Made by a program: the position numbers and the translations under genes. This document shows positions 38,120 to 50,900 of a stretch of DNA of 52,000 nucleotides, piece after piece (position 1 is the first letter of the stretch; the number at the start of each line of letters is the position of its first letter). The notes under the pieces are model-generated. The model made no database searches and had not been told where the DNA came from. It saw only the letters and a program-made list of their open reading frames with translations. Source of the DNA: Eledone cirrhosa (taxonomy: Eukaryota). The stretch spans positions 1 through 52,000 of the forward strand of contig CAXHJY010000347.1 of assembly GCA_964016885.1 (NCBI GenBank), in the 5' to 3' direction.

Positions 38120-41100
38120 CGAGTCAGTTCTTAAGATTCAACTGTTGTTAAAACGAGTTTTATCTTAAGATTCAACTGTTGTTAAAACGAGTCAGTTCTT
38201 AAGATTCAACTGTTGTTAAAACGAGTTTTATCTTAAGAATCAGCTGTTGTTAAAACGAGTCAGTTCTTAGGATTCAACTGTTGTTAAAACGAGTCAGTTC
38301 TTAAGATTCAACTGTTGTTAAAACGAGTCAGTTCTTAAGGTTGAACTGTTGTTAAAACTAGTTTTATCTTAAGATTCAACTGTTGTTAACACGAGTCAGT
38401 TCTTAAGATTCAACTGTTGTTAAAACGAGTTTTATCTTAACATTCAACTGTTGTTAAAACGAATCAGTTCTTAAGATTCAACTGTTGTTAAAACGAATGT
38501 TATCTTAAGATTCAACTGTTGTTAAAATGTGTCAGTTCATAAGATTCAACAGTTGTTAAAACGAGACATTTCTTAAGTTTGAACTGTTGTTAAAACGAGT
38601 TTTATCTTAAGATTCAGCTGTTGTTAAACGAGTCAGTTCTTAAGATTCAACTGTTGTTAAAACGAGTTTTATCTTAACATTCAACTGTTGTTAAAACGAG
38701 TCAGTTCTTAAGATTCAACTGTTGTTAAAACGAGTTTTATTTGAAGATTCAACTGTTGTTAAAACGAGTCAGTTCTTAAGGTTGAACTGTTGTTAAAACT
38801 AGTTTTATCTTAAGATTCAACTGTTGTTAACACGAGTCAGTTCTTAAGATTCAACTGTTGTTAAAAGAGTTTTATTTGAAGATTCAACTGTTGTTAAACG
38901 AGTCAGCTCTTAAGGTTGAACTGATGTTAAAACGAGTCAGTTCTTAAGATTCAACTGTTGTTAAAACGAGTTTTATCTTAAGATTCAACTGTTGTTAAAA
39001 CGAGTCAGTTCTTAAGATTCAACTGTTGTTAAAACGAGTCAGTTCTTAAGGTTGAACTGTTGTTAAAACTAGTTTTATCTTAAGATTCAACTGTTGTTAA
39101 CACGAGTCAGTTCTTAAGATTCAACTGTTGTTAACACGAGTCAGTTCTTAAGATTCAACTGTTGTTTAAAGAGTTTTATTTTAAGATTCAACTGTTGTTA
39201 AACGATTCAGCTCTAAAGGTTGAACTGATGTTAAAACGAGTCAGTTCTTAAGATTCAACTGTTGTTTAAAGAGTTTTATTTGAAGATTCAACTGTTGTTA
39301 AACGAGTCAGCTCTTAAGGTTGAACTGATGTTAAAACGAGTCAGTTCTTAAGATTCAACTGTTGTTAAAACGAGTTTTATCTTAAGATTCAGCTGTTGTT
39401 AAAACGAGTCAGTTCTTAAGATTCAACTGTTGTTAAAACGAGTTTTATCTTAACATTCAACTGTTGTTAAAACGAGTCAGTTCTTAAGATTCAACTGTTG
39501 TTAAAACGAGTTTTATTTGAAGATTCAACTGTTGTTAAAACGAGTCAGTTCTTAAGGTTGAACTGTTGATAAAACGAGTCAGTTCTAAAGATTCAACTGT
39601 TGTTAAAACGAGTTTTATCTTAAGATTCAGCTGTTGTTAAAACGAGTCAGTTCTTAAGATTCAACTGTTGTTAAAACGAGTTTTATCTTAACATTCAACT
39701 GTTGTTAAAACGAGTCAGTTCTTAAGATTCAACTGTTGTTAAAACGAGTTTTATTTGAAGATTCAACTGTTGTTAAAACGAGTCAGTTCTTAAGGTTGAA
39801 CTGTTGATGAAACGAGTCAGTTCTTAAGATTCAACTGTTGTTAAAACGAGTGTTATCTTAAGATTCAACTGTTGTTAAAACGAGACAGTTCTTAATATTC
39901 AACTGTTGTTAAAACGGGTTTTGTCTTAAGATTCAACTGTTGTTAAAACGAGTCAGTTCTTAAGATTCAACTATTGTTAAAGCGAGTTTTATCTTTAAGA
40001 TTCAACTGTTGTTAAAACGAGATTTATCTTAAGATTCAGCTGTCGTTAAAACGAGTCAGTTCTTGAGATTCAACTGTTGTTAAAACGAGTTTTATCTTAA
40101 GATTCAACTGTTGTTAAAACGAGTCAGTTCTTAAGATTCAACTGTTGTTAAAACGAATGTTATCTTAAGATTCAACTGTTGTTAAAATAAGTCAGTTCAT
40201 AAGATTCAACTGTTGTTAAAACGAATCAGTTCTTAAGTTTGAACTGTTGTTAAAACGAATCAGTTCTTAAGATTCAACTGTTGTTAAAACGAGTTTTATC
40301 TTAAGATTCAGCTGTTGTTAAAACGAGTCCGTTCTTAAGATTCAACTGTTGTTAAAACGAGTTTTATCTTAAGATTCAACTGTTGTTAAAACGAATCAGT
40401 TCTTAAGATTCAACTGTTGTTATAACGAATGTTATCTTAAGATTCAACTGTTGTTAAAATGAGTGAGTTCATAATATTCAACTTTTGTTAAAACGAGTCA
40501 TTTCTTAAGTTTGAACTGTTGTTAAAACGAGTTTTATCTTAAGATTCAGCTGTTGTTAAAACGAGTCATTTCTTAAGATTCAACTGTTGTTAAAACGAGT
40601 TTTATCTTAAGATTCAACTGTTGTTAAAACGAGTCAGTTCTTAAGATTCAACTATTGTTAAAACGAGTTTTATCTTAACATTCAACTGTTGTTAAAACGA
40701 GTCAGTTCTTAAGATTCAACTGTTGTTAAAACGAGTTTTATTTGAAGATTCAACTGTTGTTAAAATGACAGTTCTTAAGATTCAACAGTTGTTAAAACGA
40801 GTTTTATCTTAAGATTCAACTGTTGTTAAAACGAGTCAGTTATTAAGATTCAACTGTTGCTAAAACGAGTCAGTTCTTGAGATTCAACTATTGTTAAAAC
40901 GAGTTTTATTTTAAGATTCAACTGTTGATAAAACGAGTCAGATCTAACGATTCAACTGTTTTAAAACGAGTCAGTTCTTGAGGCTGAACTGTTGTTAGAA
41001 CAAGTCAGTTCTTAAGATTCAACTCTTGTTAAAACGAGTCAGTTCTTAAGATTCAACTGTTGTTAAATCGAGTTTTATTTGAAGATTCAATTGTTGTTAA

Positions 41101-44100
41101 AACGAGTCAGTTCTTAAGGTTGAACTGTTGTTAAAACGATTCAGTTGTTAAGATTCAACTTTTGTTAAAACGAGTTTTATCTTAAGAATCAGCTGTTGTT
41201 AAAACGAGTCAGTTCTTAAGATTCAACTGTTGTTAAAACGAGTTTCATCTTAAGATTCAACTGTTGTTAAAACGAATCAGTTCTTAAGATTCAACTGTTG
41301 TTAAAACGAATGTTATCTTAAGATTCAACTGTTGTTAAAATGTGTCAGTTCATAAGATTCAACAGTTGTTAAAACGAGACATTTCTTAAGTTTGAACTGT
41401 TGTTAAAACGAGTTTTATCTTAAGATTCAGCTGTTGTTAAACGAGTCAGTTCTTAAGATTCAACTGTTGTTAAAACGAGTTTTATCTTAACATTCAACTG
41501 TTGTTAAACCGAGTCAGTTCTTAAGATTCAACTGTTGTTAAAACGAGTTTTATCTTAAGATTCAACTGTTGTTAAAACGAGTCAGTTCTTAAGATTCAAC
41601 TGTTGTTAAAACGAGTTTTATCTTAAGAATCAGCTGTTGTTAAAACGAGTCAGTTCTTAGGATTCAACTGTTGTTAAAACGAGTCAGTTCTTAAGATTCA
41701 ACTGTTGTTAAAACGAGTCAGTTCTTAAGGTTGAACTGTTGTTAAAACTAGTTTTATCTTAAGATTCAACTGTTGTTAACACGAGTCAGTTCTTAAGATT
41801 CAACTGTTGTTAAAACGAGTTTTATCTTAACATTCAACTGTTGTTAAAACGAATCAGTTCTTAAGATTCAACTGTTGTTAAAACGAATGTTATCTTAAGA
41901 TTCAACTGTTGTTAAAATGTGTCAGTTCATAAGATTCAACAGTTGTTAAAACGAGACATTTCTTAAGTTTGAACTGTTGTTAAAACGAGTTTTATCTTAA
42001 GATTCAGCTGTTGTTAAACGAGTCAGTTCTTAAGATTCAACTGTTGTTAAAACGAGTTTTATCTTAACATTCAACTGTTGTTAAAACGAGTCAGTTCTTA
42101 AGATTCAACTGTTGTTAAAACGAGTTTTATTTGAAGATTCAACTGTTGTTAAAACGAGTCAGTTCTTAAGGTTGAACTGTTGTTAAAACTAGTTTTATCT
42201 TAAGATTCAACTGTTGTTAACACGAGTCAGTTCTTAAGATTCAACTGTTGTTAAAAGAGTTTTATTTGAAGATTCAACTGTTGTTAAACGAGTCAGCTCT
42301 TAAGGTTGAACTGATGTTAAAACGAGTCAGTTCTTAAGATTCAACTGTTGTTAAAACGAGTTTTATCTTAAGATTCAACTGTTGTTAAAACGAGTCAGTT
42401 CTTAAGATTCAACTGTTGTTAAAACGAGTCAGTTCTTAAGGTTGAACTGTTGTTAAAACTAGTTTTATCTTAAGATTCAACTGTTGTTAACACGAGTCAG
42501 TTCTTAAGATTCAACTGTTGTTAACACGAGTCAGTTCTTAAGATTCAACTGTTGTTTAAAGAGTTTTATTTTAAGATTCAACTGTTGTTAAACGATTCAG
42601 CTCTAAAGGTTGAACTGATGTTAAAACGAGTCAGTTCTTAAGATTCAACTGTTGTTTAAAGAGTTTTATTTGAAGATTCAACTGTTGTTAAACGAGTCAG
42701 CTCTTAAGGTTGAACTGATGTTAAAACGAGTCAGTTCTTAAGATTCAACTGTTGTTAAAACGAGTTTTATCTTAAGATTCAGCTGTTGTTAAAACGAGTC
42801 AGTTCTTAAGATTCAACTGTTGTTAAAACGAGTTTTATCTTAACATTCAACTGTTGTTAAAACGAGTCAGTTCTTAAGATTCAACTGTTGTTAAAACGAG
42901 TTTTATTTGAAGATTCAACTGTTGTTAAAACGAGTCAGTTCTTAAGGTTGAACTGTTGATAAAACGAGTCAGTTCTAAAGATTCAACTGTTGTTAAAACG
43001 AGTTTTATCTTAAGATTCAGCTGTTGTTAAAACGAGTCAGTTCTTAAGATTCAACTGTTGTTAAAACGAGTTTTATCTTAACATTCAACTGTTGTTAAAA
43101 CGAGTCAGTTCTTAAGATTCAACTGTTGTTAAAACGAGTTTTATTTGAAGATTCAACTGTTGTTAAAACGAGTCAGTTCTTAAGGTTGAACTGTTGATGA
43201 AACGAGTCAGTTCTTAAGATTCAACTGTTGTTAAAACGAGTGTTATCTTAAGATTCAACTGTTGTTAAAACGAGACAGTTCTTAATATTCAACTGTTGTT
43301 AAAACGGGTTTTGTCTTAAGATTCAACTGTTGTTAAAACGAGTCAGTTCTTAAGATTCAACTATTGTTAAAGCGAGTTTTATCTTTAAGATTCAACTGTT
43401 GTTAAAACGAGATTTATCTTAAGATTCAGCTGTCGTTAAAACGAGTCAGTTCTTGAGATTCAACTGTTGTTAAAACGAGTTTTATCTTAAGATTCAACTG
43501 TTGTTAAAACGAGTCAGTTCTTAAGATTCAACTGTTGTTAAAACGAATGTTATCTTAAGATTCAACTGTTGTTAAAATAAGTCAGTTCATAAGATTCAAC
43601 TGTTGTTAAAACGAATCAGTTCTTAAGTTTGAACTGTTGTTAAAACGAATCAGTTCTTAAGATTCAACTGTTGTTAAAACGAGTTTTATCTTAAGATTCA
43701 GCTGTTGTTAAAACGAGTCCGTTCTTAAGATTCAACTGTTGTTAAAACGAGTTTTATCTTAAGATTCAACTGTTGTTAAAACGAATCAGTTCTTAAGATT
43801 CAACTGTTGTTATAACGAATGTTATCTTAAGATTCAACTGTTGTTAAAATGAGTGAGTTCATAATATTCAACTTTTGTTAAAACGAGTCATTTCTTAAGT
43901 TTGAACTGTTGTTAAAACGAGTTTTATCTTAAGATTCAGCTGTTGTTAAAACGAGTCATTTCTTAAGATTCAACTGTTGTTAAAACGAGTTTTATCTTAA
44001 GATTCAACTGTTGTTAAAACGAGTCAGTTCTTAAGATTCAACTATTGTTAAAACGAGTTTTATCTTAACATTCAACTGTTGTTAAAACGAGTCAGTTCTT

Positions 44101-44943
44101 AAGATTCAACTGTTGTTAAAACGAGTTTTATTTGAAGATTCAACTGTTGTTAAAATGACAGTTCTTAAGATTCAACAGTTGTTAAAACGAGTTTTATCTT
44201 AAGATTCAACTGTTGTTAAAACGAGTCAGTTATTAAGATTCAACTGTTGCTAAAACGAGTCAGTTCTTGAGATTCAACTATTGTTAAAACGAGTTTTATT
44301 TTAAGATTCAACTGTTGATAAAACGAGTCAGATCTAACGATTCAACTGTTTTAAAACGAGTCAGTTCTTGAGGCTGAACTGTTGTTAGAACAAGTCAGTT
44401 CTTAAGATTCAACTCTTGTTAAAACGAGTCAGTTCTTAAGATTCAACTGTTGTTAAATCGAGTTTTATTTGAAGATTCAATTGTTGTTAAAACGAGTCAG
44501 TTCTTAAGGGTGAACTGTTGTTAAAACGATTCAGTTGTTAAGATTCAACTTTTGTTAAAACGAGTTTTATCTTAAGAATCAGCTGTTGTTAAAACGAGTC
44601 AGTTCTTAAGATTCAACTGTTGTTAAAACGAGTTTCATCTTAAGATTCAACTGTTGTTAAAACGAATCAGTTCTTAAGATTCAACTGTTGTTAAAACGAA
44701 TGTTATCTTAAGATTCAACTGTTGTTAAAATGTGTCAGTTCATAAGATTCAACAGTTGTTAAAACGAGACATTTCTTAAGTTTGAACTGTTGTTAAAACG
44801 AGTTTTATCTTAAGATTCAGCTGTTGTTAAACGAGTCAGTTCTTAAGATTCAACTGTTGTTAAAACGAGTTTTATCTTAACATTCAACTGTTGTTAAACC
44901 GAGTCAGTTCTTAAGATTCAACTGTTGTTAAAACGAGTTTTAT
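38120..44943. repeat. Near-perfect tandem block duplication, period 3390 bp (100 monomers), 2 copies
   Basis: TCTTAAGAATCAGC block 38221/41611, TAAAATGACAG 2-bp deletion 40761/44151, GATCTAACG 40941/44331. One substitution noticed (T41120 vs G44510). Confidence 0.93.
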
Positions 44944-47900
44944 TTGAAGATACAACTGTTGTTAAAACGAGTCAGTTCTTAAGGTTGAACTGTTGTTAAA
45001 ACTAGTTTTATCTTAAGATTCAACTGTTGCTAAAATGAGTCAGTTCTTAAGATTCAACTTTTGTTAAAACGAGTTTGATTTGATGATTCAACTGTTGTTA
45101 AAACGAGTCAGTTCTTAAGGTTGAACTGTTGATAAAACGAGTCAGTTCTTAAGATTCAACTGTTGTTAAAACGAGTTTTATCTTAAGATTCAACTGTTGT
45201 TAAAACGAGTCAGTTCTTAAGATTCAACTGTTGTTAAAACGAGTTTTATCTTAAGAATCAGCTGTTGTTAAAACGAGTCAGTTCTTAGGATTCAACTGTT
45301 GTTAAAACGAGTCAGTTCTTAAGATTCAACTGTTGTTAAAACGAGTCAGTTCTTAAGGTTGAACTGTTGTTAAAACTAGTTTTATCTTAAGATTCAACTG
45401 TTGTTAACACGAGTCAGTTCTTAAGATTCAACTGTTGTTAAAACGAGTTTTATCTTAACATTCAACTGTTGTTAAAACGAATCAGTTCTTAAGATTCAAC
45501 TGTTGTTAAAACGAATGTTATCTTAAGATTCAACTGTTGTTAAAATGTGTCAGTTCATAAGATTCAACAGTTGTTAAAACGAGACATTTCTTAAGTTTGA
45601 ACTGTTGTTAAAACGAGTTTTATCTTAAGATTCAGCTGTTGTTAAACGAGTCAGTTCTTAAGATTCAACTGTTGTTAAAACGAGTTTTATCTTAACATTC
45701 AACTGTTGTTAAAACGAGTCAGTTCTTAAGATTCAACTGTTGTTAAAACGAGTTTTATTTGAAGATTCAACTGTTGTTAAAACGAGTCAGTTCTTAAGGT
45801 TGAACTGTTGTTAAAACTAGTTTTATCTTAAGATTCAACTGTTGTTAACACGAGTCAGTTCTTAAGATTCAACTGTTGTGTAAAGAGTTTTATTTGAAGA
45901 TTCAACTGTTGTTAAACGATTCAGCTCTAAACGTTGAACTGATGTTAAAACGAGTCAGTTCTTAAGATTCAACTGTTGTTTAAAGAGTTTTATTTGAAGA
46001 TTCAACTGTTGTTAAACGAGTCAGCTCTTAAGGTTGAACTGATGTTAAAACGAGTCAGTTCTTAAGATTCAACTGTTGTTAAAACGAGTGTTATCTTAAG
46101 ATTCAGCTGTTGTTAAAACGAGTCAGTTCTTAAGATTCAACTGTTGTTAAAACGAGTTTTATCTTAACATTCAACTGTTGTTAAAACGAGTCAGTTCTTA
46201 AGATTCAACTGTTGTTAAAACGAGTTTTATTTGAAGATTCAACTGTTGTTAAAACGAGTCAGTTCTTAAGGTTGAACTGTTGATAAAACGAGTCAGTTCT
46301 AAAGATTCAACTGTTGTTAAAACGAGTTTTATCTTAAGATTCAGCTGTTGTTAAAACGAGTCAGTTCTTAAGATTCAACTGTTGTTAAAACGAGTTTTAT
46401 CTTAACATTCAACTGTTGTTAAAACGAGTCAGTTCTTAAGATTCAACTGTTGTTAAAACGAGTTTTATTTGAAGATTCAACTGTTGTTAAAACGAGTCAG
46501 TTCTTAAGGTTGAACTGTTGATGAAACGAGTCAGTTCTTAAGATTCAACTCTTGTTAAAACGAGTGTTATCTTAAGATTCAACTGTTGTTAAAACGAGTC
46601 AGTTCTTAAGATACAACTATTGTTAAAACGAGTTTTATCTTAACATTCAACTGTTGTTAAAACGAGACAGTTCTTAATATTCAACTGTTGTTAAAACGGG
46701 TTTTGTCTTAAGATTCAACTGTTGTTAAAACGAGTCAGTTCTTAAGATTCAACTGTTGTTAAAGCGAGTTTTATCTTTAAGATTCAACTGTTGTTAAAAC
46801 GAGATTTATCTTAAGATTCAGCTGTCGTTAAAACGAGTCAGTTCTTGAGATTCAACTGTTGTTAAAACGAGTTTTATCTTAAGATTCAACTGTTGTTAAA
46901 ACGAGTCAGTTCTTAAGATTCAACTGTTTTAAAACGAATGTTATCTTAAGATTCAACTGTTGTTAAAATAAGTCAGTTCATAAGATTCAACTGTTGTTAA
47001 AACGAATCAGTTCTTAAGTTTGAACTGTTGTTAAAACGAATCAGTTCTTAAGATTCAACTGTTGTTAAAACGAGTTTTATCTTAAGATTCAGCTGTTGTT
47101 AAAACGAGTCCGTTCTTAAGATTCAACTGTTGTTAAAACGAGTTTTATCTTAAGATTCAACTGTTGTTAAAACGAATCAGTTCTTAAGATTCAACTGTTG
47201 TTATAACGAATGTTATCTTAAGATTCAACTGTTGTTAAAATGAGTGAGTTCATAATATTCAACTTTTGTTAAAACGAGTCATTTCTTAAGTTTGAACTGT
47301 TGTTAAAACGAGTTTTATCTTAAGATTCAGCTGTTGTTAAAACGAGTCATTTCTTAAGATTCAACTGTTGTTAAAACGAGTTTTATCTTAAGATTCAACT
47401 GTTGTTAAAACGAGTCAGTTCTTAAGATTCAACTATTGTTAAAACGAGTTTTATCTTAACATTCAACTGTTGTTAAAACGAGTCAGTTCTTAAGATTCAA
47501 CTGTTGTTAAAACGAGTTTTATTTGAAGATTCAAATGTTGTTAAAATGACAGTTCTTAAGATTCAACAGTTGTTAAAACGAGTTTTATCTTAAGATTCAA
47601 CTGTTGTTAAAACGAGTCAGTTATTAAGATTCAACTGTTGCTAAAACGAGTCAGTTCTTGAGATTCAACTATTGTTAAAACGAGTTTTATTTTAAGATTC
47701 AACTGTTGATAAAACGAGTCAGATCTAACGATTCAACTGTTTTAAAACGAGTCAGTTCTTGAGGCTGAACTGTTGTTAGAACAAGTCAGTTCTTAAGATT
47801 CAACTGTTGTTAAAACGAGTTTTGTCTTAAGATTCAACTGTTGTTAAAACGAGTCAGTTCTTAAGATTAATCTGTTGTTAAAACGAGGTTTATCTTAGGA

Positions 47901-50900
47901 TTCAACTGTTGTTAAAACGAGACAGTTCTTAAGATTCAACTGTTGTTAAAACGGGTTTTGTCTTAAGATTCAACTGTTGTTAAAACGAGACAGTTCTTAA
48001 GATTCAACTGTTGTTAAAGCGAGTTTTATCTTTAAGATTCAACTGTTGTTAAAACAAGTTTTATCTAACGATTCAACTGTTTTAAAACGAGTCAGTTCTT
48101 GAGGCTGAACTGTTGTTAGAACAAGTCAGTTCTTAAGATTCAACTGTTGTTAAAACGATTTTTATCTTAAGATTCAACTGTTGTTAAAACGAATCAGTTC
48201 TTAAGATTCAACTGTTGTTAAAACGAGTCAGTTCTTATGATTCAATTGTTGTTAAAACGAGTTTTATTTGAAGATTCAACTGTTGTTAAAACGAGTCAGT
48301 TCTTAAGGTTGATCTGTTGATGAAACGAGTCAGTTCTTAATAATTCAACTGTTGTTAAAACGAGTTTTATCTTAAGATTCAACTGTTGTTAAAACGAATG
48401 TTATCTTAAGATTCAACTGTTGCTAAAATGAGTCAGTTCATAAGATTCAACTGTTGTTAAAACGAGTCAGTTCTTAAGATTCAACTATTGTTAAAACGAG
48501 TTTTAACTTAACATTCAACTGTTGTTAAAACGAGTCAGTTATTAAGATTTAACTGTTGTTAAAACGAGTCAGTTCTTAAGATTCAACTCTTGTTAAAACG
48601 AGTCAGTTCTTAAGATTCAACTGTTGTTAAATCGAGTTTTATTTGAAGATTCAATTGTTGTTAAAACGAGTCAGTTCTTAAGGTTGAACTGTTGTTAAAA
48701 CGATTCAGTTGTTAAGATTCAACTATTGTTAAAACGAGTTTTATCTTAAGAATCAGCTGTTGTTAAAACGAATCAGTTCTTAAGATTCAACTGTTGTTAA
48801 AACGAATGTTATCTTAAGATTCAACTGTTGTTAAAATGTGTCAGTTCATAAGATTCAACAGTTGTTAAAACGAGACATTTCTTAAGTTTGAACTGTTGTT
48901 AAAACGAGTTTTATCTTAAGATTCAGCTGTTGTTAAAAGAGTCAGTTCTTAAGATTCAACTGTTGTTAAAACGAGTTTTATCTTAACATTCAACTGATGT
49001 TAAAACGAGTCAGTTCTTAAGATTCAACTGTTGTTAAAACGAGTTTTATCTTAAGATTCAACTGTTGTTAAAACGAGTCAGTTCTTAAGATTCAACTGTT
49101 GTTAAAACGAGTCAGTTCTTAAGGTTGAACTGTTGTTAAAACTAGTTTTATCTTAAGATTCAACTGTTGTTAACACGAGTCAGTTCTTAAGATTCAACTG
49201 TTGTTTAAAGAGTTTTATTTGAAGATTCAACTGTTGTTAAACGATTCAGCTCTAAAGGTTGAACTGATGTTAAAACGAGTCAGTTCTTAAGATTCAACTG
49301 TTGTTTAAAGAGTTTTATTTGAAGATTCAACTGTTGTTAAACGAGTCAGCTCTTAAGGTTGAACTGATGTTAAAACGAGTCAGTTCTTAAGATTCAACTG
49401 TTGTTAAAACGAGTTTTATCTTAAGATTCAGCTGTTGTTAAAACGAGTCAGTTCTTAAGATTCAACTGTTGTTAAAACGAGTTTTATCTTAACATTCAAC
49501 TGTTGTTAAAACGAGTCAGTTCTTAAGATTCAACTGTTGTTAAAACGAGTTTTATTTGAAGATTCAACTGTTGTTAAAACGAGTCAGTTCTTAAGGTTGA
49601 ACTGTTGATAAAACGAGTCAGTTCTAAAGATTCAACTGTTGTTAAAACGAGTTTTATCTTAAGATTCAGCTGTTGTTAAAACGAGTCAGTTCTTAAGATT
49701 CAACTGTTGTTAAAACGAGTTTTATCTTAAGATTCAACTGTTGTTAAAACGAGTTTTATCTTAAGATTCAACTGTTGTTAAAACGAATCAGTTCTTAAGA
49801 TTCAACTATTGTTAAAACGAGTTTTATCTTAACATTCAACTGTTGTTAATACGAGTCAGTTCTTAAGATTCAACTGTTGTTTAAAGAGTTTTATTTGAAG
49901 ATTCAACTGTTGTTAAACGATTCAGCTCTAAAGGTTGAACTGATGTTAAAACGAGTCAGTTCTTAAGATTCAACTGTTGTTTAAAGAGTTTTATTTGAAG
50001 ATTCAACTGTTGTTAAACGAGTCAGCTCTTAAGGTTGAACTGATGTTAAAACTAGTCAGTTCTTAAGATTCAACTGTTGTTAAAACGAGTTTTATCTTAA
50101 GATTCAGCTGTTGTTAAAACGAGTCAGTTCTTAAGATTCAACTGTTGTTAAAACGAGTTTTATCTTAACATTCAACTGTTGTTAAAACGAGTCAGTTCTT
50201 AAGATTCAACTGTTGTTAAAACGAGTTTTATTTGAAGATTCAACTGTTGTTAAAACGAGTCAGTTCTTAAGGTTGAACTGTTGATGAAACGAGTCAGTTC
50301 TTAAGATTCAACTGTTGTTAAAACGAGTGTTATCTTAAGATTCAACTGTTGTTAAAACGAGTCAGTTCTTAAGATACAACTATTGTTAAAACGAGTTTTA
50401 TCTTAACATTCAACTGTTGTTAAAACGAGACAGTTCTTAATATTCAACTGTTGTTAAAACGGGTTTTGTCTTAAGATTCAACTGTTGTTAAAACGAGTCA
50501 GTTCTTAAGATTCAACTGTTGTTAAAGCGAGTTTTATCTTTAAGATTCAACTGTTGTTAAAACGAGATTTATATTAAGATTCAGCTGTCGTTAAAACGAG
50601 TCAGTTCTTAAGATTCAACTGTTGTTAAAACGAGTTTTATCTTAAGATTCAACTGTTGTTAAAACGAGTCAGTTCTTAAGATTCAACTGTTGTTAAAACG
50701 AATGTTATCTTAAGATTCAACTGTTGTTAAAATAAGTCAGTTCATAAGATTCAACTGTTGTTAAAACGAATCAGTTCTTAAGTTTGAACTGTTGTTAAAA
50801 CGAATCAGTTCTTAAGATTCAACTGTTGTTAAAACGAGTTTTATCTTAAGATTCAGCTGTTGTTAAAACGAGTCCGTTCTTAAGATTCAACTGTTGTTAA

